Source: an uncultured Methanomicrobiales archaeon
GTDB lineage: Archaea > Halobacteriota > Methanomicrobia > Methanomicrobiales > Methanospirillaceae
Length of the DNA stretch: 64,000 bases
Direction of reading: 5' to 3'
NCBI GenBank assembly: GCA_963697895.1
Contig: OY969100.1
Span: 32,001-96,000, forward strand
The position numbers and the translations under genes are program-made. The notes under the pieces are model-generated. The model worked only from the letters and a program-made list of their open reading frames with translations, made no database searches and was not told the DNA's origin. Each line of letters starts with the position of its first letter. Position 1 is the stretch's first letter. Of the stretch, positions 52,645 through 64,000 are shown one piece after another.

Positions 52645-53482
52645 ATGATAACCATTTTTTCCTGTCCAAAACCCTTCAGAGGGCATACCGACATAATCCA
52701 ACGAAACGCAATTATGAGTTGGAGATTGTTGGATCCGTCTATCGAAATCGTTCTTTTTGGGGAGGAGGAAGGGAACCGCAGAAGTTGCACAAATCATGGC
52801 TGCAAAACATATCCCAACTGTTGAAACGACAGAGTATGGAACTCCATTAATAAGCGATATATTCGATCAAATAAATAACGTGGCACGAAATCAGTACCTT
52901 TGCTATGTGAATTCCGACATTATATTTTTAAAAGATTGTTTACTTACATTTTTACAAATACAAGAACGAAGAGAGAAATTTTTGATAGTTGGACAGCGAT
53001 TAGATTTCGAACAAAATACTGGCATAGATTTTTCCGAAGATTGGGAAATTAAGTTTGCAAAACAGGTTAAAAAAAGGGGAATTCTTCATTCAAAGGAAGG
53101 AATTGATTATTTTATTTTTAAAAAAGGAGAAATCAAAGATATGCCCCCATTTATTATTGGAAGACCCGGATGGGATAACTGGATGATCTATCATTGTAGA
53201 ATGAATGATATAGATGTAATCGATGCAACATCGTCAATCACTGCAGTTCACCAGAATCATGATTATCTTCATGTTCCCAGCGGAACTGGGCATTCATATG
53301 ATGGCCCGGAAGCAGATCAAAACCGTTCATTGATAAATAATGATATGATATATACAATCGAAAGTGCGAATTTGTATTTCCGGGAGGGTAAAATATCGCA
53401 TTCGATAAAAAATTGCATTACAAATAAATTTCTTATTTTTTTTAATAAGATGAAAGCCAGATTCAGAAAATGGGTTGATTAA
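52645..53482 (+). CDS. Putative GT-A-fold glycosyltransferase-like protein; frameshift near 52770
   Basis: MITIFSCPKPF...IQRNAI.SW joined to GTPLI...YVNSDI...DYFIF...GRPGWDNW...HQNHDY. Confidence 0.7.
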
Positions 53483-53862
53483 TTAAAGAGTTGTATCAAT
53501 AAAATTGCACATTATCAATCAGACAATTATGTGGTTCTTGCGGACTATCTACCCGCACTTGGATTAATTAATATCATTAGACCATGAAGCAGACTGATTG
53601 TGACGTGCAATGGAATATAAAAAAACCGAGAAATCCGTTCATTGATGATAAAGGAATAGCCCGATACAGACTGGTTGATTGTTTGTGATAGTTACAACAC
53701 ACGAAATAGGATCTTATTCAGGGCATTTGGACTAAAGAAGCATCTGAAATTCTTTGACGTTCTATCTACTCCTAAACATGGAAGTTATCTAAAAGAGCCA
53801 AAAAATAAAACTTTTTCCTTTCTCTAAAATTTTAAGCATAAGAAGAGCAGAGGATATAAAGG

Positions 53863-54769
53863 ATGAATTTGACTCCAATAATTATTTTCACCTATAACCG
53901 GCCTTGGCATACCCAACAGACTATAACGGCCCTAAAAGAAAATGCACTTGCTACGGGAAGTGAGTTATTTATCTATTCCGATGGGGCAAAAGGTGAAAAT
54001 GAAAGAAGAAAAGTCGAAGATGTGAGAGATTATCTAAAAACCATTAGCGGATTTAAACAAGTAACCATATTTGAGCGAGAAAAGAATTATGGTCTTGCCA
54101 GAAATATCATTGAAGGAGTCACTGAAGTTGTGAATCAATCGGGAAAAGTCATAGTGTTGGAAGATGACATTGTTGTAAATCTCAATTTTCTTACTTTTAT
54201 GAAAACTCTGGATTTTTACGAGAATACAAAAAAAGTCTGGCATATCAGTGCTTGGACATTTCCGTTTAAATCGGATCGTTTGCAGGAAACCTTTCTATGG
54301 CGAGTTATGAATTGTTCAGGAGGATGGGCAACTTCGGCGGATCGCTGGAAGTATTTCGAACGTAATCCGGAAAAACTTATTGAAGAGTTTTCCAAAGAAG
54401 ATATTTATCACTTTAATCTAGAGGGGGCATATGATTTTTGGAACCAGGTACAGCAAAATATTAGACAGAAAGCTATTTACATGGGCTATCTTCTGGTATG
54501 CGACAATTTTCAAAAATGACGGTCTCTGCCTGAACCCGGTGCACTCATTAGTTCAAAATATTGGTCATGATGGGAGTGGATGCCATTGTGCGAAAGGTGT
54601 ATATAAAGAGAGCATGCCACTCAATCACATACCAAATAAGTTTCAAGAAGAATTAGTTGAATGTGAAAGATGTGTAGAACAGATTAAAGTCTATCTTAAT
54701 GGGCAAAAACCTCAGTTATCTTTGCATATTCAGATTGCAAGAATAGTTAAACGATGGATGATCAAATGA
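53863..54769 (+). CDS. Glycosyltransferase (GT2/GT-A); frameshift near 54460
   Basis: IFTYNRPWHT, YSDG, VIVLEDD, WA, NIGHDGSG.H. Confidence 0.8.
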
Positions 54770-54850
54770 AAATTCTCTACGATCACCAGATATTCTCTCT
54801 TCAAAATACGTGTCGCATTCTAGTTTCATGCTCTGGAGGTTCCCTATCTT
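54766..54850 (+). pseudogene. N-terminal relic of a GT4 glycosyltransferase
   Basis: MKILYDHQIFSLQ followed by a decayed version of the usual YGGISRYF; no continuation before the next gene. Confidence 0.55.
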
Positions 54851-55021
54851 CATATCTTAATGTTTTTTCATCACCTTTATAAGGTTTGGAATTTAGTCTA
54901 ACTCTCGGCCCGGCAAAGTCTTATCTGAAGTTATGTTAAGATCAATAGACAAAAAAATAAAAAGTAAAAAAAATTAGTACTAGAAACTTATTGATCCCAC
55001 CTGTATAAGGGAGATTAAATT

Positions 55022-55846
55022 ATGAAATTACTTAATGTTGCTTGTGGTAACAGATTTCATAAAGATTGGATAAATATTGATTTTCATGCGTTTCCACGCG
55101 AAGTTAACGCAATAAACGTACTAAATGGTCTACCTTATTCTGATAATTCGTTTGATGTTGTTTATTCGAGCCACTTTTTTCGAACATTTGACGAAAACAC
55201 AGGCAGATTTTGTATTACGAGAAATTTTTAGAGTTTTAAAGGTGGGGGGTATAGTCAGGATTGTGGTCCCAGATTTAGAAAATATATGCCGAGAATATTT
55301 GGAGATTTTGTCTGATATTCAAAATAGCAACAATAAAATAAAATATGAGTGGATTATAGTCGAGATTTCGGATCAAATGGTTCGGACTGATTCCGGAGGT
55401 GAAATGTTAAAAATTTTTAGAGATGCCAAAACCGTAAATGATGATTTTTTGAAAGAATATATTTTTAGAAGAGTTGGAGAAAAATTACATAACTCAAGCA
55501 ATTTACCGGTTAGTTCTACTTATAAAGACAAGTTAGGAAAGTTAAATCTGAAAACGATAAAAGAATTGATATTTTATGTGTATATCACTACTATAAAAGA
55601 CTATTTCCACGGTCTATTAAAGACAGTTTGATCTTAAACACTTCCATCGGGGAAAGACATCTCTGGATGTATGATAAATATTCTTTGAGCGAAAATATTA
55701 GTAAACATGGATTTATACACGTGAGATTCTTCTCACACGATAAAAGTCAGATCCCAAAATTCTCTGATTACCATCTTGATACAAATAAGGATGGAACCCC
55801 CTAGAAAGGGGTCTCTTCATTATATTGCGAAGCGATAAAACCATGA
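55022..55846 (+). CDS. SAM-dependent methyltransferase; frameshifted
   Basis: LNVACG...WINID...FDVVYSSH, EH...RVLKVGG.VRIVVPD, GERH.WMYD; ends LYCEAIKP. Confidence 0.75.
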
Positions 55847-57094
55847 AAATACTTATTGTAAATACCCACGATATCCAAGGCGGTGCGGCCCGGGCTGCGT
55901 ATCGTTTGCATAACGCATTACAGTGTGAGGGTATTAATTCTCAAATGCTGGTCAATCCAAAACCAGCGAGATCCCACAGTTTTAGGGCCACGAACCCGAT
56001 TGCAAAAAGCCCGTAGTATTTATCGTCCAATCTTGGATGCATTGCCGGTCAACCATTACAAGAACAAAATCAAAACCCACTTCTCACCTGCATGGCTGCC
56101 CTCTAGTAGTATGGTAGAAAAAATAAACACCAGTGATGTGGATTTAGTTCACCTTCACTGGATTGGTGACGGCATGATGCGGATAGAAGATATCGCTAGC
56201 ATTAAAAAACCCATTGTTTGGTCTTTGCATGATATGTGGGCTTTTACAGGGGGTTGTCATTATGATTTTGAGTGTGGCAAGTTTACCACACATTGCGGGG
56301 CTTGTCCTGTTACTCGGTTCAAAAAAGAGATAATAATCTGAGTTATAGCATTTTTAACCGTAAAGCAAAAACCTTTGCCAAAATACCTAATATCAATATT
56401 GTAGGTATCAGTCGTTGGCTTGCATGCTGTGCGAAGAATAGCGCAATACTCGCAGAGAAATGCATAGTTAATTTACCAAATCCAATAGACACACACACCT
56501 TCCGGCCACTTGATAGAGAAACTGCCAGAGATCTCTTGGATTTGCCACTGAACAAGAAGTTGATATTATTCGGGGCTGCTAATGCCACGAGAGACCCGCG
56601 CAAAGGCTTTGCGGAACTATCAAAGGCAATGAACAAATTAAAATCAGGGAATGTGGAACTAGTTGTGTTTGGTTCCGGTCATCCCGTAATAAATGTCCCA
56701 GACTTTGGCTTCCCATCTCATTACTTGGGACATTTGCCTGGTGACCTCTCGCTTCGTATACTTTACTCTGCAGCAGATGTGATGGTAGTGCCAAGTTTAC
56801 AAGAGGCGTTTGGCCAAACTGCAAGCGAATCAATGGCCTGCGGTACATCCCGTTGTGGCCTTTAGGGCAACAGGGCTATTAGATATTGTAGATCATCAAA
56901 AAAATGGCTTTCTGGCAGCACCCTATGACCCAACTAGTCTGGCCGAAGGTATTGATTGGGTTTTAAATCATTCCACATCAGATGATCTTTCCCAAAATGC
57001 TCGGCAGAAAGTGATAGATAAATTTGAAGCGACCCGTGTACATCGGCAATATATGGAACTATATGAGGGGATATTGAAAACTGCCCAGAGTTAA
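55843..57094 (+). CDS. GT4 glycosyltransferase (WcaC-like); frameshifted
   Basis: DIQGGAARAAYRLH, HLHW, WSLHDMWAFTGGCH, RKGF, PSLQEAFGQTASESMACG. Confidence 0.85.
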
Positions 57095-57349
57095 TAAGTC
57101 CCCAAATACTTACCAATTGAATAGGGATTATTGGATTTATGGGAGTATATTTCAGTTAAAACGACCAGTTATACCCAAAGATCATACACTTCATCTGTAG
57201 AAACGAACATAAGTCAAGACTCAAGCATATAATGTGAAAAATGCTTTTATCCTACTTTTTTGAATATTCTCGTGGTGAGGAAAGGTTGCAGGATTTCGGG
57301 TCACGAACCCGTTGTAGACTAACCAATAGTCCATCAAGAAGCATACATT

Positions 57350-57932
57350 GTCTTTGAACGCGAATAGGGAAATACATCAGGATGCATTTCCAAATTCAAA
57401 TATAGTTTCTGAAGGTTTTAGATACTCATAAACATTTGTTGTTTACAAAATCTTCGGCATCCTGAATACTTTCATCAATGTAAAACTCCGCCGCGAAATT
57501 GACGATATAACCGGGATTAAAACCTTTAAAGGATTGGAAAAATTTTTATTATATGATATCTTTGGAATAAAATAATTTCTTAATTTTTGGTACATCTTTC
57601 TGATTGAGCAGATTACCAGGCATCGGAAATTTATTTTCATGCAGCTTGTGTTGTTATATATCCAAATGTCATTCTTGAACTCTTTTATCCTGTGGGGTAT
57701 CAGTGTTTGCGAGCATTTGGAGGAATTCCCGAACAAATTAAAGAGGGGATACCCTGGATTTTTCATCTCACTTGTAGATTTACATGCCATGGCAACGAAA
57801 TACTGGATTTGATTTTAATAAAAGACTATTCAAAAATGGGAGAAAATGCTCGAATGATGCAATGAAAGATTTGGATCAGAACTACAAGTTGAAGAATACT
57901 TAAAATCGTATAAAAATACATTAAAAGAATAA
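57350..57932 (+). pseudogene. Decayed C-terminal half of a GT4 glycosyltransferase (start approximate)
   Basis: Plus-strand fragments DYQASEIYFHAA, SCG...GGIPEQIKEG..GF and KMGENAR...QVEEYLKSYK in shifting frames with stops; no N-terminal half seen. Confidence 0.55.
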
Positions 57933-57989
57933 TTTTACGATGCAGTTTGAATAAAATTGGAATAATTTTGTGAGTTCCTTAAGAATTTT

Positions 57990-59911
57990 TTAAAGAGAGA
58001 TATAACCTGAAACAGATTTACTATTAAAAATTTCCGAGAACTGATGCATCTCGAATTCATTTTTTGGATTATAATCAATCTTATCTAAACCAAATCCCGA
58101 TTGAAATGGGTAATGAATAATGTAGTCCCTTAATAAAATCAGATTTTGACGATTCTTATCAAATTTTTTGAAAAAGATATAGTTATCTATTGAAACTAAA
58201 GTATTCATAGTATATTTTTGGGTGTCAAACCTGTATAGAATTGAATAATAATTATCACTTACATAATAACCCTCCAAAAAGGGATTCAATGTATTTATCG
58301 CGCTTAATTCTGAATCAATAAATGTGTACCTGATGTTTGTCGTTGAATGAAATGCAGGATTATCAATTGAGGAAATAATTATACTAAAGAATGAGAAACT
58401 AAAAACAATGACAAAAATGGCGAAATATTTTATTTTATCATTACGGATATTCATGAAAAGTATGAATAGCCCAAGTGCTGCAAAAACGGGAAACAATAAT
58501 TGAATATAAAGAATCCATCTTTCTGATTCAATTCCGAGATTAAAAAATATCCAACAAGGCCTATACAAAATGCTAATGCTGAAGATGACAATAGAATAAA
58601 AATTTTCTTATCCCTTATTTTTTCTGATAGAAGGAAAAAAATCCCCAATAATGACAATCCATAATATACATCTAAAATGAACATATCACACAATTGATCA
58701 AAAAAAGGTTTCATAGGTATATGTGAAACATTGTTATACGTCCCTAAATCTCTAAAGGTATATGTGCCAAAATTTGTATCAAATAATCGTAAGATACTTT
58801 CAGATAAATTTGTAAAATCCAGCCAATATATTAAAGTTCCAATTGTAAAAAGAACAAAAAAATAAATAAATAATTTTTGTTTTAGATCATCTTGAAATTG
58901 AGAGAGATTTAGTTTTTTCGAGATAACTAATAAAATAACATTAATAAATAATATAAATTCCATCAATAATGTCGGAAATGGATGGCATAAAATAAGGGCG
59001 CACAATTCAATAATAATAATTATTTGAATATAGAATGATTTTAATCGATCCAAATTAAGCAATAAATAAACTATAATCAAAATGTAATTAAATGCAAAAA
59101 CAAAAGGCACTAAATGAACCGAATAAAAATTAAAATTTAGAGCCCCGATTAAAATAAACAATCCCGCTATCAACCCTAATTTTTTGGATGTTTCGGTCCC
59201 AATCTTGTCTTTTAACAAACTATTAACAATGAGGTAAATGAATAAAATTAAAATTATTGTATTAAGAATCATAACGGACAATAAAGTGGATAGTTTAAAG
59301 TTTTCATTCGCTAGAATTGAAGTAGACGAGATAATGAGAGGATAAATGGGAATTTTGTCATATAAAGAAATAAGATTTGGAATGTGACCGGAACTAATCA
59401 ATTCTTGGGCAAATAGTTGGTGGAACCAAGGGTCAATACCAAGAAGGCTTGGAAATATCAAATTTTCTGAATAATTCGCCAATAAGACAACAAAAATAAT
59501 TTTTAGAAAAGTTATCCAGGTCCAGAATTTTTCTTTCACGGGTAAGAAAATTTCAAAAAAAATGATTGATACCATAATTGACCAAATTACGAAAAATCCT
59601 ATGGGTCTTTGGTATGAATCGCCAGATGTATATATCAATAGAATCGAAAAAACGTAAAGAAATATAAAAAAAATATTTGTGATATAGTGTGTTGTTTTTG
59701 TGATCTTCAATTTTGATGAATACTTAATATTATGTTTTTTAACAATTAACCAAAATACACAACACAGTAACGCGACTATAGAAGCAATGAAAATTTCGAA
59801 AGTAACATAAATTTTTAAAAAAAACATAAAAATTAAGATTATTGAAGCAACTGCCACAAAAAGGACCGGCAATGGGATAAAATTGTCTGAAAAAATATCA
59901 TGTAATTTCAT
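57990..59911 (-). CDS. Large polytopic membrane protein (putative GT-C or polymerase-like); frameshift near 58520
   Basis: More than 10 TM segments, GIDPWFH...GHI and HP motifs, and a soluble C-terminal domain in ORF 57990..58568. Confidence 0.65.
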
Positions 59912-60235
59912 AATTCACCGGTTGTATATTTTATTTTGTCGCTTTGCAGTAAAGTTATTTTCTAAATTGAAGGCGATGCTAAATATTAACGCGGCAAATT
60001 TTGCATCGAGCTTTCAATCGGATCAATTTCAACGAAGATATGATAAAATTTCCAGTCGTTTTTGCCATGTCAATCAGGTTTATGAATTTATGGAGAATAT
60101 TCTGGCTCATTAAGGCAAAGGAAGAAATTGGAACACCATAATTTCATGCAGGATAAGATCCATCTTTTCCGATTTTCTTTGAATATACTTTCAGCTATCG
60201 TTTTGAAGTACACCTAAAAAATATCAAAAAATTTA

Positions 60236-61045
60236 TTGAATAACACCATAGTATATGCTGTGAAATCCGAAAAAATTAAGGTATCAATAATTACGGTATG
60301 CCGAAATTCAGAAGAATCTATTGAAGCTACGATTCAAAGTGTAATTAATCAAACATATCCCAATATAGAGTATATTATCATTGACGGAAAATCAACGGAT
60401 GGAACATTAAATATCGTCCGAAAATATGAAGAAAAGATCAGTAAAATTGTGTCAGAAAAAGATGAGGGAATTTATGACGCAATGAATAAAGGAATACGAG
60501 TGGCGAATGGGGAAATAATTCATTTTTTAAATTGTGGAGATTATTTTTGCGATAACCAAGTTATAGAAAAAATTGTTGAAGTATTCATTAATAATAGAGA
60601 TTGCGCCTTTATTTACGGAGATTACTATTTGTATAACGAGAACAAAACTGAATTTATTGTTGGGTACCGGAAAAATATCACCCACATTATATCCCAAGGA
60701 ATTAACCACCAATCGACATTTGTCAGGAGAGCAGTGTTCGATTATGGACTATTTGATACTAGCTATCCAATTTATTCAGATTTTGACTGGTTATTGAATT
60801 TACTGATAAAACATCAGGTACATATTCTGTATATTAATATCCGAACAATCTATTACCTGATAGGAGGAGTTAGCGATCAGAATCGCAAAGATTTTGTATT
60901 GGAGAGAATTAAAATCATCAGAAAATATTCCAATTTCAAACAAACTTTAAAATTAGGAATGTATTATCCAAAACAGTCAATTTATTTTTTCCTTTTCCCG
61001 TTGTATTATATGGTAAAACGAAATATGGAGCGTAAAGCGCAATAA
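60236..61045 (+). CDS. GT2 glycosyltransferase (WfgS-like)
   Basis: SIITVCRN, IIDGKSTDGT, SEKDEGIYDAMNKG, FLNCGD, HQS. Confidence 0.9.
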   Translation: MNNTIVYAVKSEKIKVSIITVCRNSEESIEATIQSVINQTYPNIEYIIIDGKSTDGTLNIVRKYEEKISKIVSEKDEGIYDAMNKGIRVANGEIIHFLNCGDYFCDNQVIEKIVEVFINNRDCAFIYGDYYLYNENKTEFIVGYRKNITHIISQGINHQSTFVRRAVFDYGLFDTSYPIYSDFDWLLNLLIKHQVHILYINIRTIYYLIGGVSDQNRKDFVLERIKIIRKYSNFKQTLKLGMYYPKQSIYFFLFPLYYMVKRNMERKAQ

Positions 61046-61058
61046 TATTTTGAATTCT

Positions 61059-62186
61059 TCAATCAATCATTTTAAATAAATTTGTTTTTATTTTATTCCA
61101 ATCGAACTCGCTCTCTGCTAATGTCCTTGAATTATCTCCCATTTTGGAAAGCAGGGAATCAGGTATTTCTCTAATAGTTTGAATTCCTTCAACTAGACTC
61201 TCTGAATCGTAACCATCAATTACATATCCGCAATGATATTTTCTTACTAATTCTGCAGCATCACCAACATTAGTAGTTAATATTGGTTTTCCCATCGATG
61301 CATATTCAGCAAATTTTGTGGGTGCGGCGATTTCTGTAGCAGTGCTTTTGAACCTTGGTAGCACAAAAATATCTGCAATCGAATGGTACTTAATTATTTC
61401 ATGTCGTGGAACGTTGGGAATGCAGACGATATTTCTTTTTTTATATTGGATGTTCCCCCCAACAAATAAAAATACTAAGTTCTCATCGTGAATATGTTCT
61501 GCAGCATGGATTAAATTTTCCACACCTTGCCATTTTTGAAAACCTCCAATATATGCAAATATTTGTTTATCTTCGATTTTTAAATCTTCCCGAAGTTTTT
61601 CACGTTCTTTCTCACTCACATTATTAAAAAAATTTAGATCAACACCATTAGGAACATAGTATATTTTTTCAAGGGGAACTTTTTTTTGATGTATATAATG
61701 TATCATTTTTTTTGATACACAGACTATTTTGTTCGAAAATTTAATTGAACTCAAATTTATAATTATATTCTGAAAATATTTTAGCAAATAACTTGGGCTG
61801 TATTGGAATGGGTTTGAAATTAAAAACTCCTCAAAGCCGTCCCCATGGAAATCAAGAATCAAAGGAACCTTGATAAGTTTTCCGAGAAGAGAGACAAAAC
61901 AATACGGGGTAGCATTGCCATAGACTAAATCATACCTATTGTTAAGTAAAAAATTTAAATGTTTAATTGGTATTAAATATCGTGACGAAGATAAAAAATA
62001 ATGCGTAGAACCAATTTCATCAATGAATTCTCGTTTTACGAAATTCTTATTTAATATACCAGGTGCAAGTGGATAATGGATATAATCCACACGATGCCCC
62101 AGTGACGATAATAATCTCCCGATATTTGTTACCCGCAAATAATATGCAGAACAATCGGGTTCACCGCAAACAGATAAAATCCGCAT
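61059..62186 (-). CDS. GT4 glycosyltransferase
   Basis: VPNGVD, YIGGFQKWQG, PTKFAEYASMGKPILTT.VG. Confidence 0.88.
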   Translation of the reverse strand: MRILSVCGEPDCSAYYLRVTNIGRLLSSLGHRVDYIHYPLAPGILNKNFVKREFIDEIGSTHYFLSSSRYLIPIKHLNFLLNNRYDLVYGNATPYCFVSLLGKLIKVPLILDFHGDGFEEFLISNPFQYSPSYLLKYFQNIIINLSSIKFSNKIVCVSKKMIHYIHQKKVPLEKIYYVPNGVDLNFFNNVSEKEREKLREDLKIEDKQIFAYIGGFQKWQGVENLIHAAEHIHDENLVFLFVGGNIQYKKRNIVCIPNVPRHEIIKYHSIADIFVLPRFKSTATEIAAPTKFAEYASMGKPILTTNVGDAAELVRKYHCGYVIDGYDSESLVEGIQTIREIPDSLLSKMGDNSRTLAESEFDWNKIKTNLFKMID

Positions 62187-62190
62187 TTTT

Positions 62191-63412
62191 TCACCAAATC
62201 ATACGATTTTTGTTGATTTTTCGATATAAGAAAGCAATATTTTCGGGAATTGCAAATAAAATATCTCTTTTTGTAATTGGTGAATGGTTAATAGATTGTA
62301 TCTTAAAATTTTCTTCTTCAATTATATCCAAATTTAATTGGTGAAAACCTGCATTTATCGATAATTCTTTGCACATTATCGGGCGCATTTTTTTATTTAT
62401 TTTTACATACCTGATTAATCTCTCAAAATTCTCTATTTGCTGTAAATTCCCCTCTCTGAAGGGATGACATAATATTGTTATATGGTTTTCATTTTCTTTA
62501 TGAATTTGAAAGGTTGTATCAATCATGTTTTTTATAGTAAACCAAGGTTTATTGTAAGTTTCCACATTAATCGGTATCGATATGATCTTACCTCTATTCG
62601 ATGTAATTGAAGTGGGATATGAATGATATTTCAGATAGCTCGAATAACCTGTAATGGTTCAAGGCCGGATAAACAAAATAACCAATATTATTTTCAATCA
62701 AACTTGATACAGTGTCTTTGTTCATCCTCCCGATGAAATTTGCTCCAAAAATTTTTACATTTATATCTTTAATCATCATATCAATCAAATGTCTTTGTCC
62801 AAATTGGTCAAATGTGGAAATATATTCATGGAAATTTCCATGTATTGCAATTTCATGTTCCTCAGTGAAAATTACATCCAAAAATTGAGGATATATTTTT
62901 TTCATTAGATTTGTGATGAAAAAAGTTGCTTTAATATCATATCTTTTTAATAGCGGTAAAATCCTTGTGAGACCGTATCGAACACATCCAAATTGTTCCA
63001 CGTCAAAAATTAATGAAAAAGTTCCCGAATAATTTCTTAAATCCTCATTGGGCAAAATATTTTCGGAGATATCGAAATTAATGTCATTGTTAAAATTAAA
63101 AAAATCTTCATATAATGTTTGCATTTCAAGAGTTCTGAACTGTTGATCTATACCACTAAATGAGGAATAACCAATCCTTAATCTATTCGTCACGGAACCG
63201 ATATTAATTCTATTTTCGACCTGGTCATTTCTTGAATATAATACAAAATCAATATCGTTCATTAACACATTTTCCCGTAAACGTTCGATACTATCAGATA
63301 ACTTTGAGTAATCCAGTACTTCCCAATAAATATTCCAATCTGCAGAAAGTCGACTCGTGTTTAAATATTGGATATCTTCCGGATCGGCAATGATAAGGAC
63401 GTTATTTTTCAT
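62191..63412 (-). CDS. Polysaccharide deacetylase (NodB-like) protein; frameshift near 62640
   Basis: LIFDVE, IKATFFIT, HEIAIHGNFHE and C-terminal LCHPF in ORF 62191..62565. Confidence 0.7.
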
Positions 63413-63619
63413 TATAAAAATCTTCCTTTCTCGATGGCGATAATCTGCAAATTGGAATTGAATATTTAATAATCTTTGCAGAAAAACAATTTAAATATGG
63501 TGGAATATCAAAATCAATAACAACAAATAAACCGAAATAATAAGTTACCATCCTTTTTATTTACTAATCCTGGGGGTTCTATCATATCATATAGGGAAAA
63601 TCAATGGCGGAAAACATAT

Positions 63620-64000
63620 TTGAAGCATGTATTTTTAAGGATTGCAGGATATCCAAGTCTAATCCGCCGATTGCAGGCCCCTGTGCTAATAAGGATGTTA
63701 GCCCCAAAAAATAATGAATCAATATTAGATTTAGGATGTGGCAATGGAATTTTTACGTATGAATTTTCGGAAAAATGTGATAATATTTGTGGATTAGATC
63801 AATCAATAAACAATGATTTAGCATTGGCTGCACATTTCTCTCCGTCAATTTCATTGATAAAAGGAAATGTGCAATATCTCCCCTTTAAAGAGCGCACATT
63901 TGACAAGATCCTCTTATCAAGCATTCTTCAGATGATTGATGATGATAAAAAATTATTATATGAATGTCTTAGAGTACTGAAAGATGACGGATTGTTAATA
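63620..64000 (+). CDS. Class I SAM-dependent methyltransferase (partial, runs off the window; start uncertain)
   Basis: My translation: ILDLGCGNG...GLD...LPFKERTFDKI...ECLRVLKDDGLL. Confidence 0.8.
   Translation, partial: MKHVFLRIAGYPSLIRRLQAPVLIRMLAPKNNESILDLGCGNGIFTYEFSEKCDNICGLDQSINNDLALAAHFSPSISLIKGNVQYLPFKERTFDKILLSSILQMIDDDKKLLYECLRVLKDDGLLI

Noticed and set aside
55800-55806. In-frame TAG near the end of the methyltransferase as recoding
   Set aside because: It lies in the most error-dense region with neighbouring frameshifts, so a sequencing error or decay is simpler.

Overview
This is archaeal chromosomal DNA, most consistent with a Methanomicrobiales methanogen (inferred from gene content, TATA/BRE promoters and U-tract terminators). 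The left end carries a truncated XerA-type tyrosine recombinase, a divergent HNH-like gene and about 1.85 kb of non-coding DNA. That non-coding stretch contains nine GTTAAC-N3-GTTAAC-like palindromes, mostly spaced about 100 bp apart, ending just upstream of the hsp20 TATA box. Next come a membrane hydrolase, a small Zn-ribbon protein and a Clp1-type RNA kinase. From 6 to 25.5 kb lie four tandem, intact paralogues of about 1,520 aa encoding secreted Ala/Ser/Gly/Thr-rich proteins. They are mosaics of one another, and each has the same promoter and a conserved structured leader. These are followed by threonine dehydratase, a CBS protein, two REC-PAS proteins and a PEGA surface protein. From about 30.7 kb to the end is a large glycosylation region (epimerases, ugd, galU, two wecB, gmd, fcl, wzm/wzt, glycosyl- and methyltransferases, deacetylase) that becomes AT-rich inside wzt. 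It is interrupted by a 73-bp mini-ORF tandem array before galU and by two RelBE toxin-antitoxin modules flanking two degenerate Hjc-like genes. Many genes right of 30 kb carry single-base frameshifts, which are probably sequencing or assembly errors. All calls come from reading the sequence by eye; no database searches were run.
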